This document shows positions 28,014 through 36,408 of a stretch of DNA of 64,000 nucleotides, in pieces; the stretch's first letter is position 1, and each line of letters starts with the position of its first letter. The notes beneath the pieces were generated by a model. It was not told the DNA's origin. It saw nothing but the letters and a program-made list of their open reading frames with translations, and made no database searches. Made by a program: the position numbers and the translations under genes. This stretch comes from Candidatus Colwellbacteria bacterium (GTDB lineage Bacteria; Patescibacteriota; Minisyncoccia; UBA6257; Colwellbacteraceae): the NCBI GenBank assembly GCA_027448785.1, contig DAIDMW010000001.1, forward strand, positions 1,668 through 65,667. The letters are read 5' to 3'.

Positions 28014-28509
28014 TTCCCGCCTCTGCTAATCCGTTTTTAATCGCGCTTTCCAAAGGAGCTTCCTCTTCTTTTTTTATCTTACCCAAAACAAAGCCACCGG
28101 CTTTGGCGCGCAAACCTTCTTTCCGTATTCCAAGGCGCAAGCGGCAGAATCGGTCGGTGCCCAGTTCGGATATGACCGACTTCACTCCATTGTGCCCGGC
28201 CGCTCCACGCCCGCAGACCAGCTTATAGTTTCCCAAAATAATATCGGAATCGTCGTGGATGACTAATATTTCTTCCGGCTTTACCTTAAAAAAAGACAAG
28301 GCCGCGCTCGCCGCCAGACCAGATTCGTTCATAAAAGTGAGCGGCTTTACGACAAGTATCTCGCCTAAACGGCAGTATTCAAAATTTCCATGACGGCGGA
28401 ACTTCTCGCCTCCCGCCAGCATATCTGCGGCTGAGTATCCCAAGCTGTGATAGGTCGCCGCATATTCTTTGCCCGGATTGCCCAGGCCGATCACTATTTT
28501 CCACCGCAT
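27985..28509 (-). CDS. pth: Peptidyl-tRNA hydrolase
   Basis: IGLGNPGKEY, KPLTFMNESG, VIHDD, AGHNGVKS. Confidence 0.95.
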   Translation of the reverse strand: MRWKIVIGLGNPGKEYAATYHSLGYSAADMLAGGEKFRRHGNFEYCRLGEILVVKPLTFMNESGLAASAALSFFKVKPEEILVIHDDSDIILGNYKLVCGRGAAGHNGVKSVISELGTDRFCRLRLGIRKEGLRAKAGGFVLGKIKKEEEAPLESAIKNGLAEAGITAPTSSVD

Positions 28510-28548
28510 TTAGTTTTAGCTTAGAATCAAGGACCAGCGAGGTCAAAT

Positions 28549-28790
28549 AAAGCGCAAAACGAAAAGCGCAAAAGGCAAAAGAACCTACATCCGACGACTA
28601 GTCGTTATTTTTCGCTTTTAGTTTTTCGCTTTGCGCTTCCTAGACCCGTCCGTGTTTCGTATTTGGAATTTGTAAATTGGAGTTTGTTTCGGATTTAGGA
28701 TTTAGTGCTTCGAATTTGCCTAGCCACTAATCTCTAACCACTAGTCTCTATTTTTCGCTTTGCGCTTTAAGTTTTGCGCTTTTAGCTTTG
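28549..28790. repeat. Composite element: B hairpin, half type A, third heptamer type, B half-arm
   Basis: Core ATCCGACGACTAG; ACCCGTCCGTGTTT; TAGCCAC TAATCTC TAACCAC TAGTCTC. Confidence 0.8.
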
Positions 28791-28911
28791 CCCCTTGCCC
28801 CTTCAGATGGATTATATTAAAATCCGGTGAGTAATAGCTGTTCAGCTGCCGATTCTAGTCAAAATGAAAAATAAACGGGGGAATCCGTCTTCCGGAAACT
28901 GTTTAAATTAA

Positions 28912-29454
28912 GTGAAAAAATATTTATTAGACGTTTGGGAGGTTTTAGAAACCTTAATTGTTGCTTTTATTTCCATTCTTTTAATCTACGAGTTCGTCGC
29001 CCAGCCGTTCAAAGTCGAGGGTGTGAGCATGCAGCCGAACTTCCAGAACGGAGACTATCTCCTGGTAGACGAGCTTACTTACCGCTTCCAAAGCCCCGAG
29101 CGCGGGCAGGTTATCGTTTTTCACAACCCCCAGGACGTGAAGGAGTACTATATTAAGCGGATCATCGGCTTGCCGGGCGATACGGTAACCATAGAAAACA
29201 ACCAGGTTTACGTGAACGGCAAGCTTTTGCACGAGAGTTATCTGCCGCCAGGTCTGCCGACCCCTGGCAACGAAACCGTGGTGCTGAAAAAGAATCCGGC
29301 TCAATATTTCGTTATGGGCGATAACCGGATTCTGAGCTATGACTCCCGCTACTGGGGGCCGGTGGACCGAAACTTGATCGTCGGCGTAGTACGCTTGCGG
29401 TTCTGGCCATTAGACGAGCTTAAGTTCTTCAACTACTCCTATGCCACCAGCTGA
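28912..29454 (+). CDS. lepB: Signal peptidase I
   Basis: VEGVSMQP, YIKRIIGLPGD, FVMGDNR..SYDSRYWG. Confidence 0.95.
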   Translation: MKKYLLDVWEVLETLIVAFISILLIYEFVAQPFKVEGVSMQPNFQNGDYLLVDELTYRFQSPERGQVIVFHNPQDVKEYYIKRIIGLPGDTVTIENNQVYVNGKLLHESYLPPGLPTPGNETVVLKKNPAQYFVMGDNRILSYDSRYWGPVDRNLIVGVVRLRFWPLDELKFFNYSYATS

Positions 29455-30745
29455 TAGGGAAAAAAAGAAAAGTTCCACCGGAAAGGAGGCGCTCACTCCT
29501 TTTCAAACTCCGAAAGGCATGCGCGACATCCTGCCGGAGGAGTGGTCTCTTTTCGACAAGGTAGTCGGCGCGGCTAAAAACATCGGCGAGTTCTATAACT
29601 TCTCTAGAATCGACACGCCGATCATGGAACAAGCCGATTTGTTTGCCCGCGGCGTGGGCTTGGGGACGGACATCGTCGAGAAAGAGATGTACGTCTTTTC
29701 CACTAAAGGCGGAGACCGTTTGGCTTTGCGCCCCGAATACACCGCTCCGGTGATGCGCAGTTATATACAGCACGGGATGAGCCACCTGCCGCAGCCGCGT
29801 CGTCTGTGGTATACCGGCCCCGTTTTTCGACACGAAAATCCGCAGTCGATGCGCTACCGCCAGTTCACCCAGTTCGGGCTGGAGATCATCGGCAGCGCCG
29901 ATCCGGTTTTCGACGCCGAAGTCATCATCGGTTTTTGCCGCCTGCTCGACGAGCTGAAGGTTAAAGGCGTGTCAATCGAAGTGAACAGCATCGGCTGTAA
30001 AACCTGCCGGCCGGCCTACCGCAAAAAACTGACCGAGTACTATCGCAAGCAGGATATTTGCGAGGATTGCCAGGTCCGGCTAGAAACCAACCCGCTGCGA
30101 CTTTTGGATTGCAAAAATCCCAAGTGCCAGCCTTTGAAAGAAGGGGCGCCGAGCATACTCGACAACCTTTGCCAGAATTGTCGGCAACACTTTCGCCAGG
30201 TCCTCGAGTACTTGGACGAGGCGCAGGTGCCTTACGTTTTAAACCCGCGTTTGGTCCGCGGATTGGATTATTACAGCCGCACCGTTTTCGAAACTTTCGC
30301 TGAGGGAGAGGATGCTGCTCTGGCTTCTGGCGGGAGATACGATTACTTAGCCGAGATGATCGGTGGACGCCCCACCCCGGCCGTAGGAGGAGCCGCCGGC
30401 ATCGATCGCATAATGGAGGTTCTGAAAAATAAAGGGGCCGTTCCGGCCGGCAAGACTAAAGGAAAAGTTTATCTTATCCACGTCGGAGAAGTCTCTAAAA
30501 AGAAAAGCTTGTCATTAGTCGAGGAGTTCCGCCGCGCGGGTATTCCGCTGGTCAACGAGCTTGGCAAGGAATCGCTCTCTTCGCAGATGGAGCTGGCTGC
30601 CAAGAATAATGCTCCGCTGACTCTGATCTTCGGCCAAAAAGAAAGCTACGAGGATAGCATCATCATCCGGGATATGGAAAGCGGAGTGCAGGAGGTCGTG
30701 CCGCTGGGCAAGGTCATTGAAGAGGTTAAGAAGCGCCTAAGATGA
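29441..30745 (+). CDS. hisS: Histidine--tRNA ligase
   Basis: PKGMRD, LRPEYTA, RYRQFTQ, LVRGLDYY, SGGRYD. Confidence 0.97.
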   Translation: MPPADREKKKSSTGKEALTPFQTPKGMRDILPEEWSLFDKVVGAAKNIGEFYNFSRIDTPIMEQADLFARGVGLGTDIVEKEMYVFSTKGGDRLALRPEYTAPVMRSYIQHGMSHLPQPRRLWYTGPVFRHENPQSMRYRQFTQFGLEIIGSADPVFDAEVIIGFCRLLDELKVKGVSIEVNSIGCKTCRPAYRKKLTEYYRKQDICEDCQVRLETNPLRLLDCKNPKCQPLKEGAPSILDNLCQNCRQHFRQVLEYLDEAQVPYVLNPRLVRGLDYYSRTVFETFAEGEDAALASGGRYDYLAEMIGGRPTPAVGGAAGIDRIMEVLKNKGAVPAGKTKGKVYLIHVGEVSKKKSLSLVEEFRRAGIPLVNELGKESLSSQMELAAKNNAPLTLIFGQKESYEDSIIIRDMESGVQEVVPLGKVIEEVKKRLR

Positions 30746-31161
30746 GCGACTGCCTTTTTTGCCGAATAGCGGCCAAGGAGCTGTCCGCCGCCGTCATCTA
30801 CGAAGACGAGGCGGCCATGGCTTTTCTCGATATCCATCCGCGCTCTCCGGGGCACGCGATGATTATTCCGAAAAAGCACTGCGAAAACATAATCGATTTG
30901 CCGGAAGCGGAGGTCGGGCCGTTGTTTGTCGCCGTCAAAAAAGTTACCGAGCTGCTGCAGAAAACGCTGCAGCCCCGCGGTTTTACAATAGGCATCAATC
31001 ATGGTAGAGTTAGTGGCCAGGAGATAGACCATCTCCACGTCCACGTCATACCGCGTTACGACCTAGACGGCGGAGGATCGATCCACTCGGTGGTCAACAA
31101 TCCTCCCCGGGAGTCGATGGAAGAGACAAGGTCGAAAATTTTAGGCCAACAAGATAAATAA
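30742..31161 (+). CDS. HIT family protein
   Basis: DCLFCRI, AFLDIHP, HLHVHVIPR. Confidence 0.93.
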   Translation: MSDCLFCRIAAKELSAAVIYEDEAAMAFLDIHPRSPGHAMIIPKKHCENIIDLPEAEVGPLFVAVKKVTELLQKTLQPRGFTIGINHGRVSGQEIDHLHVHVIPRYDLDGGGSIHSVVNNPPRESMEETRSKILGQQDK

Positions 31162-31163
31162 AT

Positions 31164-31382
31164 ATGCCAACAGTCATAGTACGACGGAAAGAAGGAGAGC
31201 AAGCCTCGAGCTTGGTTTATCGCTTTACCAAAAAAGTCCGGCAGAGCGGAGTGCTTTTAGAGGCCAAGAAGAGGCGCTTTTCCGGCCGTCAGCCGAACCG
31301 TAATAAGAGGCGATTATCCGCCATCCATCGCGTAGGGAAGTCCGAAGAGATGGGTAAGACTAAAAGGTTGGGTAAGGCTTAA
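31164..31382 (+). CDS. rpsU: 30S ribosomal protein bS21 (divergent)
   Basis: Small basic protein; VRRKEGE..SSLVYRFTKKV..SGVL.EAKKRRF. Confidence 0.75.
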   Translation: MPTVIVRRKEGEQASSLVYRFTKKVRQSGVLLEAKKRRFSGRQPNRNKRRLSAIHRVGKSEEMGKTKRLGKA

Positions 31383-31399
31383 GCTTCCTAAACAAGTCG

Positions 31400-31786
31400 A
31401 TGCCGGCGATGGAGAAAGAGGCGCAGCGCTTGCTGAAGAAGGCTCTTAAACTATTGGGTCGCGAGCGGTCGGCAGCCGACATTTTTTTTATAGGCGACGC
31501 AGCTATGCGTCGCCTTAATCGCGTTTACCGCGGGAAGGACAAGACAACTAACGTCTTGTCCTTTTCCGCCCCAAAAAACTTCCCGCGGCCCGACCTAAAA
31601 ACGGGAACCACTTACCTGGGAGAGATCTACCTTAATATGGTATACATTAAAAAAGAAGGGGGTGATTGGCGAGCAATGCTGATTCACGGTTTGCTGCACC
31701 TTCTGGGCTTTGATCATGAAAAAATAAGTGATAAAATCAGAATGCAAAAACTTGAAAAATCTATCGCTTCAAGTTTGGAATTTTAA
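31400..31786 (+). CDS. ybeY: rRNA maturation RNase YbeY
   Basis: LNRVYRGKDKTTNVLSF, IHGLLHLLGFDH. Confidence 0.93.
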   Translation: MPAMEKEAQRLLKKALKLLGRERSAADIFFIGDAAMRRLNRVYRGKDKTTNVLSFSAPKNFPRPDLKTGTTYLGEIYLNMVYIKKEGGDWRAMLIHGLLHLLGFDHEKISDKIRMQKLEKSIASSLEF

Positions 31787-31789
31787 AGT

Positions 31790-33016
31790 ATGGCGCAAAT
31801 ACCAATTTTAGGATTAGATGTCGGTTCAGACACGGTGCGGGCGGTGGTGGTTGAACCGACTCTTCAGGGGCAGATGATCGTCAAGTGCAACGTGACGCGC
31901 AAGTCGAAAGGCCTGCGCCGCGGCGTAGTGGTCGAACCAGACGAAGTCGTCGGGACTCTTCACGAGGTTTTTGAGGAAGTCGCCAAGACTTCGCGCCCGG
32001 CCTTGCGCAATATTTACCTCGGAGTGAACGGCACCGACGTTAAGACGCAGCTTTCTCGTGGCATCATCGCCGTTTCCCGCGCCAACTCCGAGATATACAA
32101 GGACGACATCAGCCGCGTCATCCAGGCTTCCGAGGCGGTCAATATCGCTTCGAACCGCATGATTCTGCATACCATCACCAAGGAGTTCGTGGTGGACGGT
32201 GTCGGCGACATCGCCGAGCCGCTCGGAATGGTTGGCGCGAGATTAGAGGTGGTAAGCCTCTTGGTCGAGGCTTTTGAGCCGGCGGTGAAGAATCTTATCC
32301 GCTGCGTCGAAATGAACAAGGGTAGTGTTTCGGCGCTCATATTGAATCCGCTGGCCGCCTCTTTGGCGGTCTTAAGTAAGAGTCAGCGCGAGCTGGGAGT
32401 GATCCTTATCGACATCGGATACAACACCACCGGCCTGGCTGTGTACGAGGAAAATAAGCTGGTGCATACCAAGGTCCTGGGAATCGGAGCGGGCCATATC
32501 ACCAGCGACTTGGCAGTGGCCTTGAAGATACCGGCCGAGGCCGCGGAAAAACTGAAATTAAGCTACGGCTTCGCTTTGTCGCACGACATTCCGGCTAAGG
32601 AAACGGTTGATTTAAGCGAGCTGGATGACACTCTGAAGGGCTCCCCTTCGCGGAAGTTCGTGGCCGAGGTTATTGAATCGCGGCTTTCGGAGATTTGTGA
32701 ACTTGTTAATAATGAATTAAAATTGCTCGGTAAAGCCGGGCACCTTCCTGGGGGTGCGGTTCTCGTCGGAAGCGGCGCCAAGCTTCCGGGAATCGCCGAA
32801 TTATTCAGAACGGAACTAAAACTGTCGACTAAGATCGGGTCGGCCGGACAGGAGCGCTTCGGGACGGTTTCGCCGAATATCGCCGAGGCTCTGGAGAGCC
32901 CGGAGTATGCCACCGTCTTAGGCTTGGCGCTTTGGAACCGCGAGCTGGATAAGGAAAGCCCAGCGAGGATTAAGAGCGGCTTGGTCAACAAATTGATAAA
33001 AAGTTTTATGCCGTAA
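31790..33016 (+). CDS. ftsA: Cell division protein FtsA
   Basis: GLDVGS, PLGMVGARLE, LIDIG, ITSDLA, AEKLK. Confidence 0.95.
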   Translation: MAQIPILGLDVGSDTVRAVVVEPTLQGQMIVKCNVTRKSKGLRRGVVVEPDEVVGTLHEVFEEVAKTSRPALRNIYLGVNGTDVKTQLSRGIIAVSRANSEIYKDDISRVIQASEAVNIASNRMILHTITKEFVVDGVGDIAEPLGMVGARLEVVSLLVEAFEPAVKNLIRCVEMNKGSVSALILNPLAASLAVLSKSQRELGVILIDIGYNTTGLAVYEENKLVHTKVLGIGAGHITSDLAVALKIPAEAAEKLKLSYGFALSHDIPAKETVDLSELDDTLKGSPSRKFVAEVIESRLSEICELVNNELKLLGKAGHLPGGAVLVGSGAKLPGIAELFRTELKLSTKIGSAGQERFGTVSPNIAEALESPEYATVLGLALWNRELDKESPARIKSGLVNKLIKSFMP

Positions 33017-33017
33017 T

Positions 33018-34250
33018 ATGGCCGATAAAAAAAAGAGCAAAAAGAAGTCAGTTAAAAAAGTCGTTAAGCAGCAGGAAGAGGAAAAAGAGCTTCCTGTGAG
33101 CTCCGGGAGGTCGAAAAAGAACTCTTCGATTAAGTCGTTCGTTAAAATAAAAGTAATCGGCGTCGGCGGAGCCGGAGGCAACGCTCTAACCAGGATGGCT
33201 GACGATTTCGTTCGCGGCGTGGAGCTTATCGCTATCAACACCGACCTACAGGACTTGGAGGCGGGTCAGGCCAGACACAAACTGCATATCGGCGAGGCGA
33301 TCACTAAGGGAATGGGAGCTGGCATGAATCCCGAATTGGGACGGCAGGCCGCTGAAGAAAATCGCGAGGAGATCGCCGAGCTTTTAAAGGGAGCCGATAT
33401 GGTGTTTTTGACCGCCGGTTTCGGCGGAGGGACGGGTACCGGAGCTACGCCGGTCGTGGCTGAGATAGCTAGGGAAAAAGGAATACTGACGGTGGCGGTG
33501 GTCACCAAGCCGTTTACCTTCGAGGGGCAAGCCAGGATGCGTATCGCCGAGGAGGGACTAGTGCGCATCAAAGATAAGGTAGACACCTTGCTGGTCATTC
33601 CTAACGACAGGATTTTCAATATAGTAGACAACAACACCTCGATGGTCCGCGCTTTCGAGAAGATCGACGAGGTCTTGAAAAGCGCGGTGCAAGGAGTGGC
33701 GGAAATCATCACCTCCACTGGGCTGGTCAACGTGGACTTTGCCGACGTCAAGTCGATCATGGCCGAAGCCGGCAACTCGATCATCGGCGTCGGAACGGCT
33801 TCGGGCAACGACCGCGCCGTGAAGGCCGCCAATCAGGCGATCAACTCTCCGCTTCTCGAAATGTCGATCGAAGGGGCCAAGGGCCTGCTTTTCGGAGTAG
33901 CCGGCGGACGCGATATGCGCATCTCCGAGATCAACGAGGCGGCGAAAATAATCACCGAAAACGTCGATCCGGGCGCAAAAATAATTTTCGGCGCCTACCA
34001 CGACCGTCGGCTCAAAGCCGGGCAGCTGAAGATAACTTTGATTGCCACCGGATTCAACGGCATGGGGCTACGGCGCAGCGAGGCGGATTCGCTAAACCTT
34101 TTTCCTTTCAGCAAGGGCAAGCCGGTTGAGGGGAAGATAGAAAAAGAAGAAGGAAAGGAGGGGGAAAAAATAGTCTTGGAATCCGACGAAGAAAAGAAAG
34201 AGGAGGATGCTTTGGACGTGCCGGCTTTTATGCGCCGTAAGAAAAAATAA
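33018..34250 (+). CDS. ftsZ: Cell division protein FtsZ
   Basis: IGVGGAGGNA, GGGTGTG, NVDFADV, C-terminal DVPAFMR. Confidence 0.98.
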   Translation: MADKKKSKKKSVKKVVKQQEEEKELPVSSGRSKKNSSIKSFVKIKVIGVGGAGGNALTRMADDFVRGVELIAINTDLQDLEAGQARHKLHIGEAITKGMGAGMNPELGRQAAEENREEIAELLKGADMVFLTAGFGGGTGTGATPVVAEIAREKGILTVAVVTKPFTFEGQARMRIAEEGLVRIKDKVDTLLVIPNDRIFNIVDNNTSMVRAFEKIDEVLKSAVQGVAEIITSTGLVNVDFADVKSIMAEAGNSIIGVGTASGNDRAVKAANQAINSPLLEMSIEGAKGLLFGVAGGRDMRISEINEAAKIITENVDPGAKIIFGAYHDRRLKAGQLKITLIATGFNGMGLRRSEADSLNLFPFSKGKPVEGKIEKEEGKEGEKIVLESDEEKKEEDALDVPAFMRRKKK

Positions 34251-34358
34251 TTCCGTCCCGTTCTAAATAAAAAAAACTATTGACGTCACCGAACGACGGT
34301 GTATTATTAACACGTTTTTTAGTCAATAAATCGAATAGTTACCGAAACAGTTAATGAA

Positions 34359-34754
34359 ATGAGCAGTCAGCGCCGCGGAGCGGCTTTGCCGAAAAGGAAG
34401 AAGGAGAAGATCGACGAGCACCGGCCATTAGGACGGCACATCATTGCGGATTTTTTCGGCTCGGAGAACCTGGACGATCAAGCGTACATCAAGAAGACGC
34501 TTTTTGAAGCGGCTAAAGCGGCCAAAGCCACGGTTCTGGGATCGAAATTCCATCGCTTTTCTCCACAGGGCGTAACCGGCTATTTGCTGCTCGCGGAATC
34601 GCACATCTCCATCCACACTTGGCCGGAACACGGATACGCCGCTGTTGACGTTTTCACCTGCGGCGATATGGATCCACACCCCGCCTTCCTTTTTATGAAG
34701 AAGAAATTTAAAAGCTCTTCAGTGAAAACAGTGGAGATTATGAGGGGATTTTAA
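34359..34754 (+). CDS. speD: Pyruvoyl-dependent S-adenosylmethionine decarboxylase-family proenzyme
   Basis: GRHIIADF, FSPQGVTG, LLAESHISIHTWPE, DVFTCG. Confidence 0.88.
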   Translation: MSSQRRGAALPKRKKEKIDEHRPLGRHIIADFFGSENLDDQAYIKKTLFEAAKAAKATVLGSKFHRFSPQGVTGYLLLAESHISIHTWPEHGYAAVDVFTCGDMDPHPAFLFMKKKFKSSSVKTVEIMRGF

Positions 34755-34790
34755 AAAGCGCAAAGCTAAAAGCGAAAAAAATAAGAACAA
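34755..34790. repeat. Type B half element
   Basis: AAAGCGC AAAGCT AAAAGCG directly after the speD stop. Confidence 0.65.
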
Positions 34791-34870
34791 CCGGAAGATA
34801 AAGCGCTGGAAGCATAACGATAAAAACAGAGGTCGCGCCAGTTTCCTACTGAGCAGCGCCTTTTTTTGTT

Positions 34871-35452
34871 CTAGACGCTTTGTCCGAACTTTGCGAAGTG
34901 AATGGTTTCGTAGCGCGCTCCGGACGGAGAAAGTACCGACTCCATCAGTGAAATTCCGGCGACAAGGCTGCCGACCTCGATTTTTCCGTTCTGAATCGGT
35001 TCCTTAACCAGACCGACGGCCGATTCGGGATTGAATCGGGCTAGGGTTATGTGCGTTAATAGTTCTCGCTTTTCCACCTCTTTCGTCCCCGTTCCGGATT
35101 CGCTCAGCTTCGCCTGCAGCACGGAGCGCAGCTCTTCCGCTGGAGCGGAGTGCGGCCCAGTGGCCCAGACGAGGCGGGGATATCTGGCGTCAGGGCCGTA
35201 AGAGGCCTGTTCAAGGGTAACGAAGAAAGGCTTAACCTCTGCTGCCGCTTCGTCCAAGACTCTTTGGATCCTTCCTATCTCTTCCGCCTCAGCGTACCAA
35301 GGCGGAATGAGTGTCAGATGTAAACCTTCCCGATTTACCAGCCGCAGGGGAAGGTGGGTATTTTTGGCAAACTCTTCGATCCAGCGCGACAGGCTGTCGG
35401 CAGCCTCGGCGTCCAAAGGAAGGGCTATAAAGATTCTTCTCTGATCCTGCAT
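34871..35452 (-). CDS. thpR: RNA 2',3'-cyclic phosphodiesterase (2H family)
   Basis: RIFIAL, HLTL and HITLAR 2H motifs, LMESVL. Confidence 0.88.
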   Translation of the reverse strand: MQDQRRIFIALPLDAEAADSLSRWIEEFAKNTHLPLRLVNREGLHLTLIPPWYAEAEEIGRIQRVLDEAAAEVKPFFVTLEQASYGPDARYPRLVWATGPHSAPAEELRSVLQAKLSESGTGTKEVEKRELLTHITLARFNPESAVGLVKEPIQNGKIEVGSLVAGISLMESVLSPSGARYETIHFAKFGQSV

Positions 35453-35459
35453 GGTAGTA

Positions 35460-35550
35460 AAAAATTAAAAGCGAAAGATAGCGACAAGGCGGGTGCAAAA
35501 CTAAAAGCTAAAAGCGAAAAACAATAACGCGGCTCTTTTGCATTTTGTGC
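35460..35550. repeat. Type B element
   Basis: GCAAAACT AAAAGCT AAAAGCG AAAAACAATAACG ... TTTTGCA TTTTGTGC abutting the SIMPL stop. Confidence 0.75.
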
Positions 35551-36306
35551 TTAGTTTATTTCGTACTTCAAGGTGGCGGTTACTGAGACCTTCTGCGATC
35601 CCGGTTCGATGTTCGGAGATGCCGCGGCGTTCAACGCGCCCATGCCGTAAATCGGAACCGGCGTCGGTTGGTTGTTGACCGTCACGTCAACCGAAACCAG
35701 CTTTCCCAGCTTGAATCCCGATTCGCCGGCGATTGCCTGCGCTCTCGCCTCAGCCTTGCTTATCGCCTCCGAGCGGGCTTGATCCTCATATTTTGATGGA
35801 TTGTTGACGGTGAAGGAAAGCTGGGAGATGGAGTTCGCTCCGTTTTGGACCACTCCGGAGACGATGTCGCCGAGTTTGGAGAAGTCGCTGATTTTAACCT
35901 GGATTGATTGGGTAATCGTGTAGCCGCTGATCGTCGGCGGTGGACAGGAGGTCGAGGCCGCGCCGCAATTGTAGTATGAGTAGCGCGGCTCTAGGTTGTA
36001 GGCCTGGGTCTGGATGTCTTTGCTCTCCACGCCTTGCGCTTTAAGGAAGCTGATAATCGCGTTGGCTTTAGCCGTATTCTGATTTTGGAGCGAGGCGATA
36101 TCCTTCCCTCCCTGAGTGATGACGCTCGCAGTCATCTGCGCTATGTCCGGAATCGCGACGGCCTCGCCACTGCCCGAGGCGGTAAAGGTGCGCCCCAAGG
36201 CGACGTTTTGCGCGTAGTAGGAAACATAGAGAAATATTCCGACCGCGGCCGAGAGGGCTAGTATTATCACAGCCACCCCCAAGTAATTTCGTATTTTGGT
36301 GTTCAT
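35551..36306 (-). CDS. SIMPL (DUF541) domain protein
   Basis: SGSGEAVAIPDIA, DIQTQAYNLEP, GANSIS, IEPGSQKVSVT. Confidence 0.88.
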   Translation of the reverse strand: MNTKIRNYLGVAVIILALSAAVGIFLYVSYYAQNVALGRTFTASGSGEAVAIPDIAQMTASVITQGGKDIASLQNQNTAKANAIISFLKAQGVESKDIQTQAYNLEPRYSYYNCGAASTSCPPPTISGYTITQSIQVKISDFSKLGDIVSGVVQNGANSISQLSFTVNNPSKYEDQARSEAISKAEARAQAIAGESGFKLGKLVSVDVTVNNQPTPVPIYGMGALNAAASPNIEPGSQKVSVTATLKYEIN

Positions 36307-36370
36307 ATTTTATATGATATACCCGGCGAGAATTAAGTGGCAAATAATAAAATTGAGTAAGTTTAAAACA

Positions 36371-36399
36371 AAAAAGGCGCGCTATTAGTGCGCCTTTTT
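36371..36399. terminator. Intrinsic terminator (bidirectional form)
   Basis: AAAAAGGCGCGC-TATTA-GTGCGCCTTTTT. Confidence 0.75.
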
Positions 36400-36408
36400 C
36401 TACAGCTC

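Noticed and set aside
6515-35550. Intergenic repeats as CRISPR arrays
   Set aside because: No constant repeat with unique spacers; units are degenerate heptamers in hairpins; no cas genes seen.
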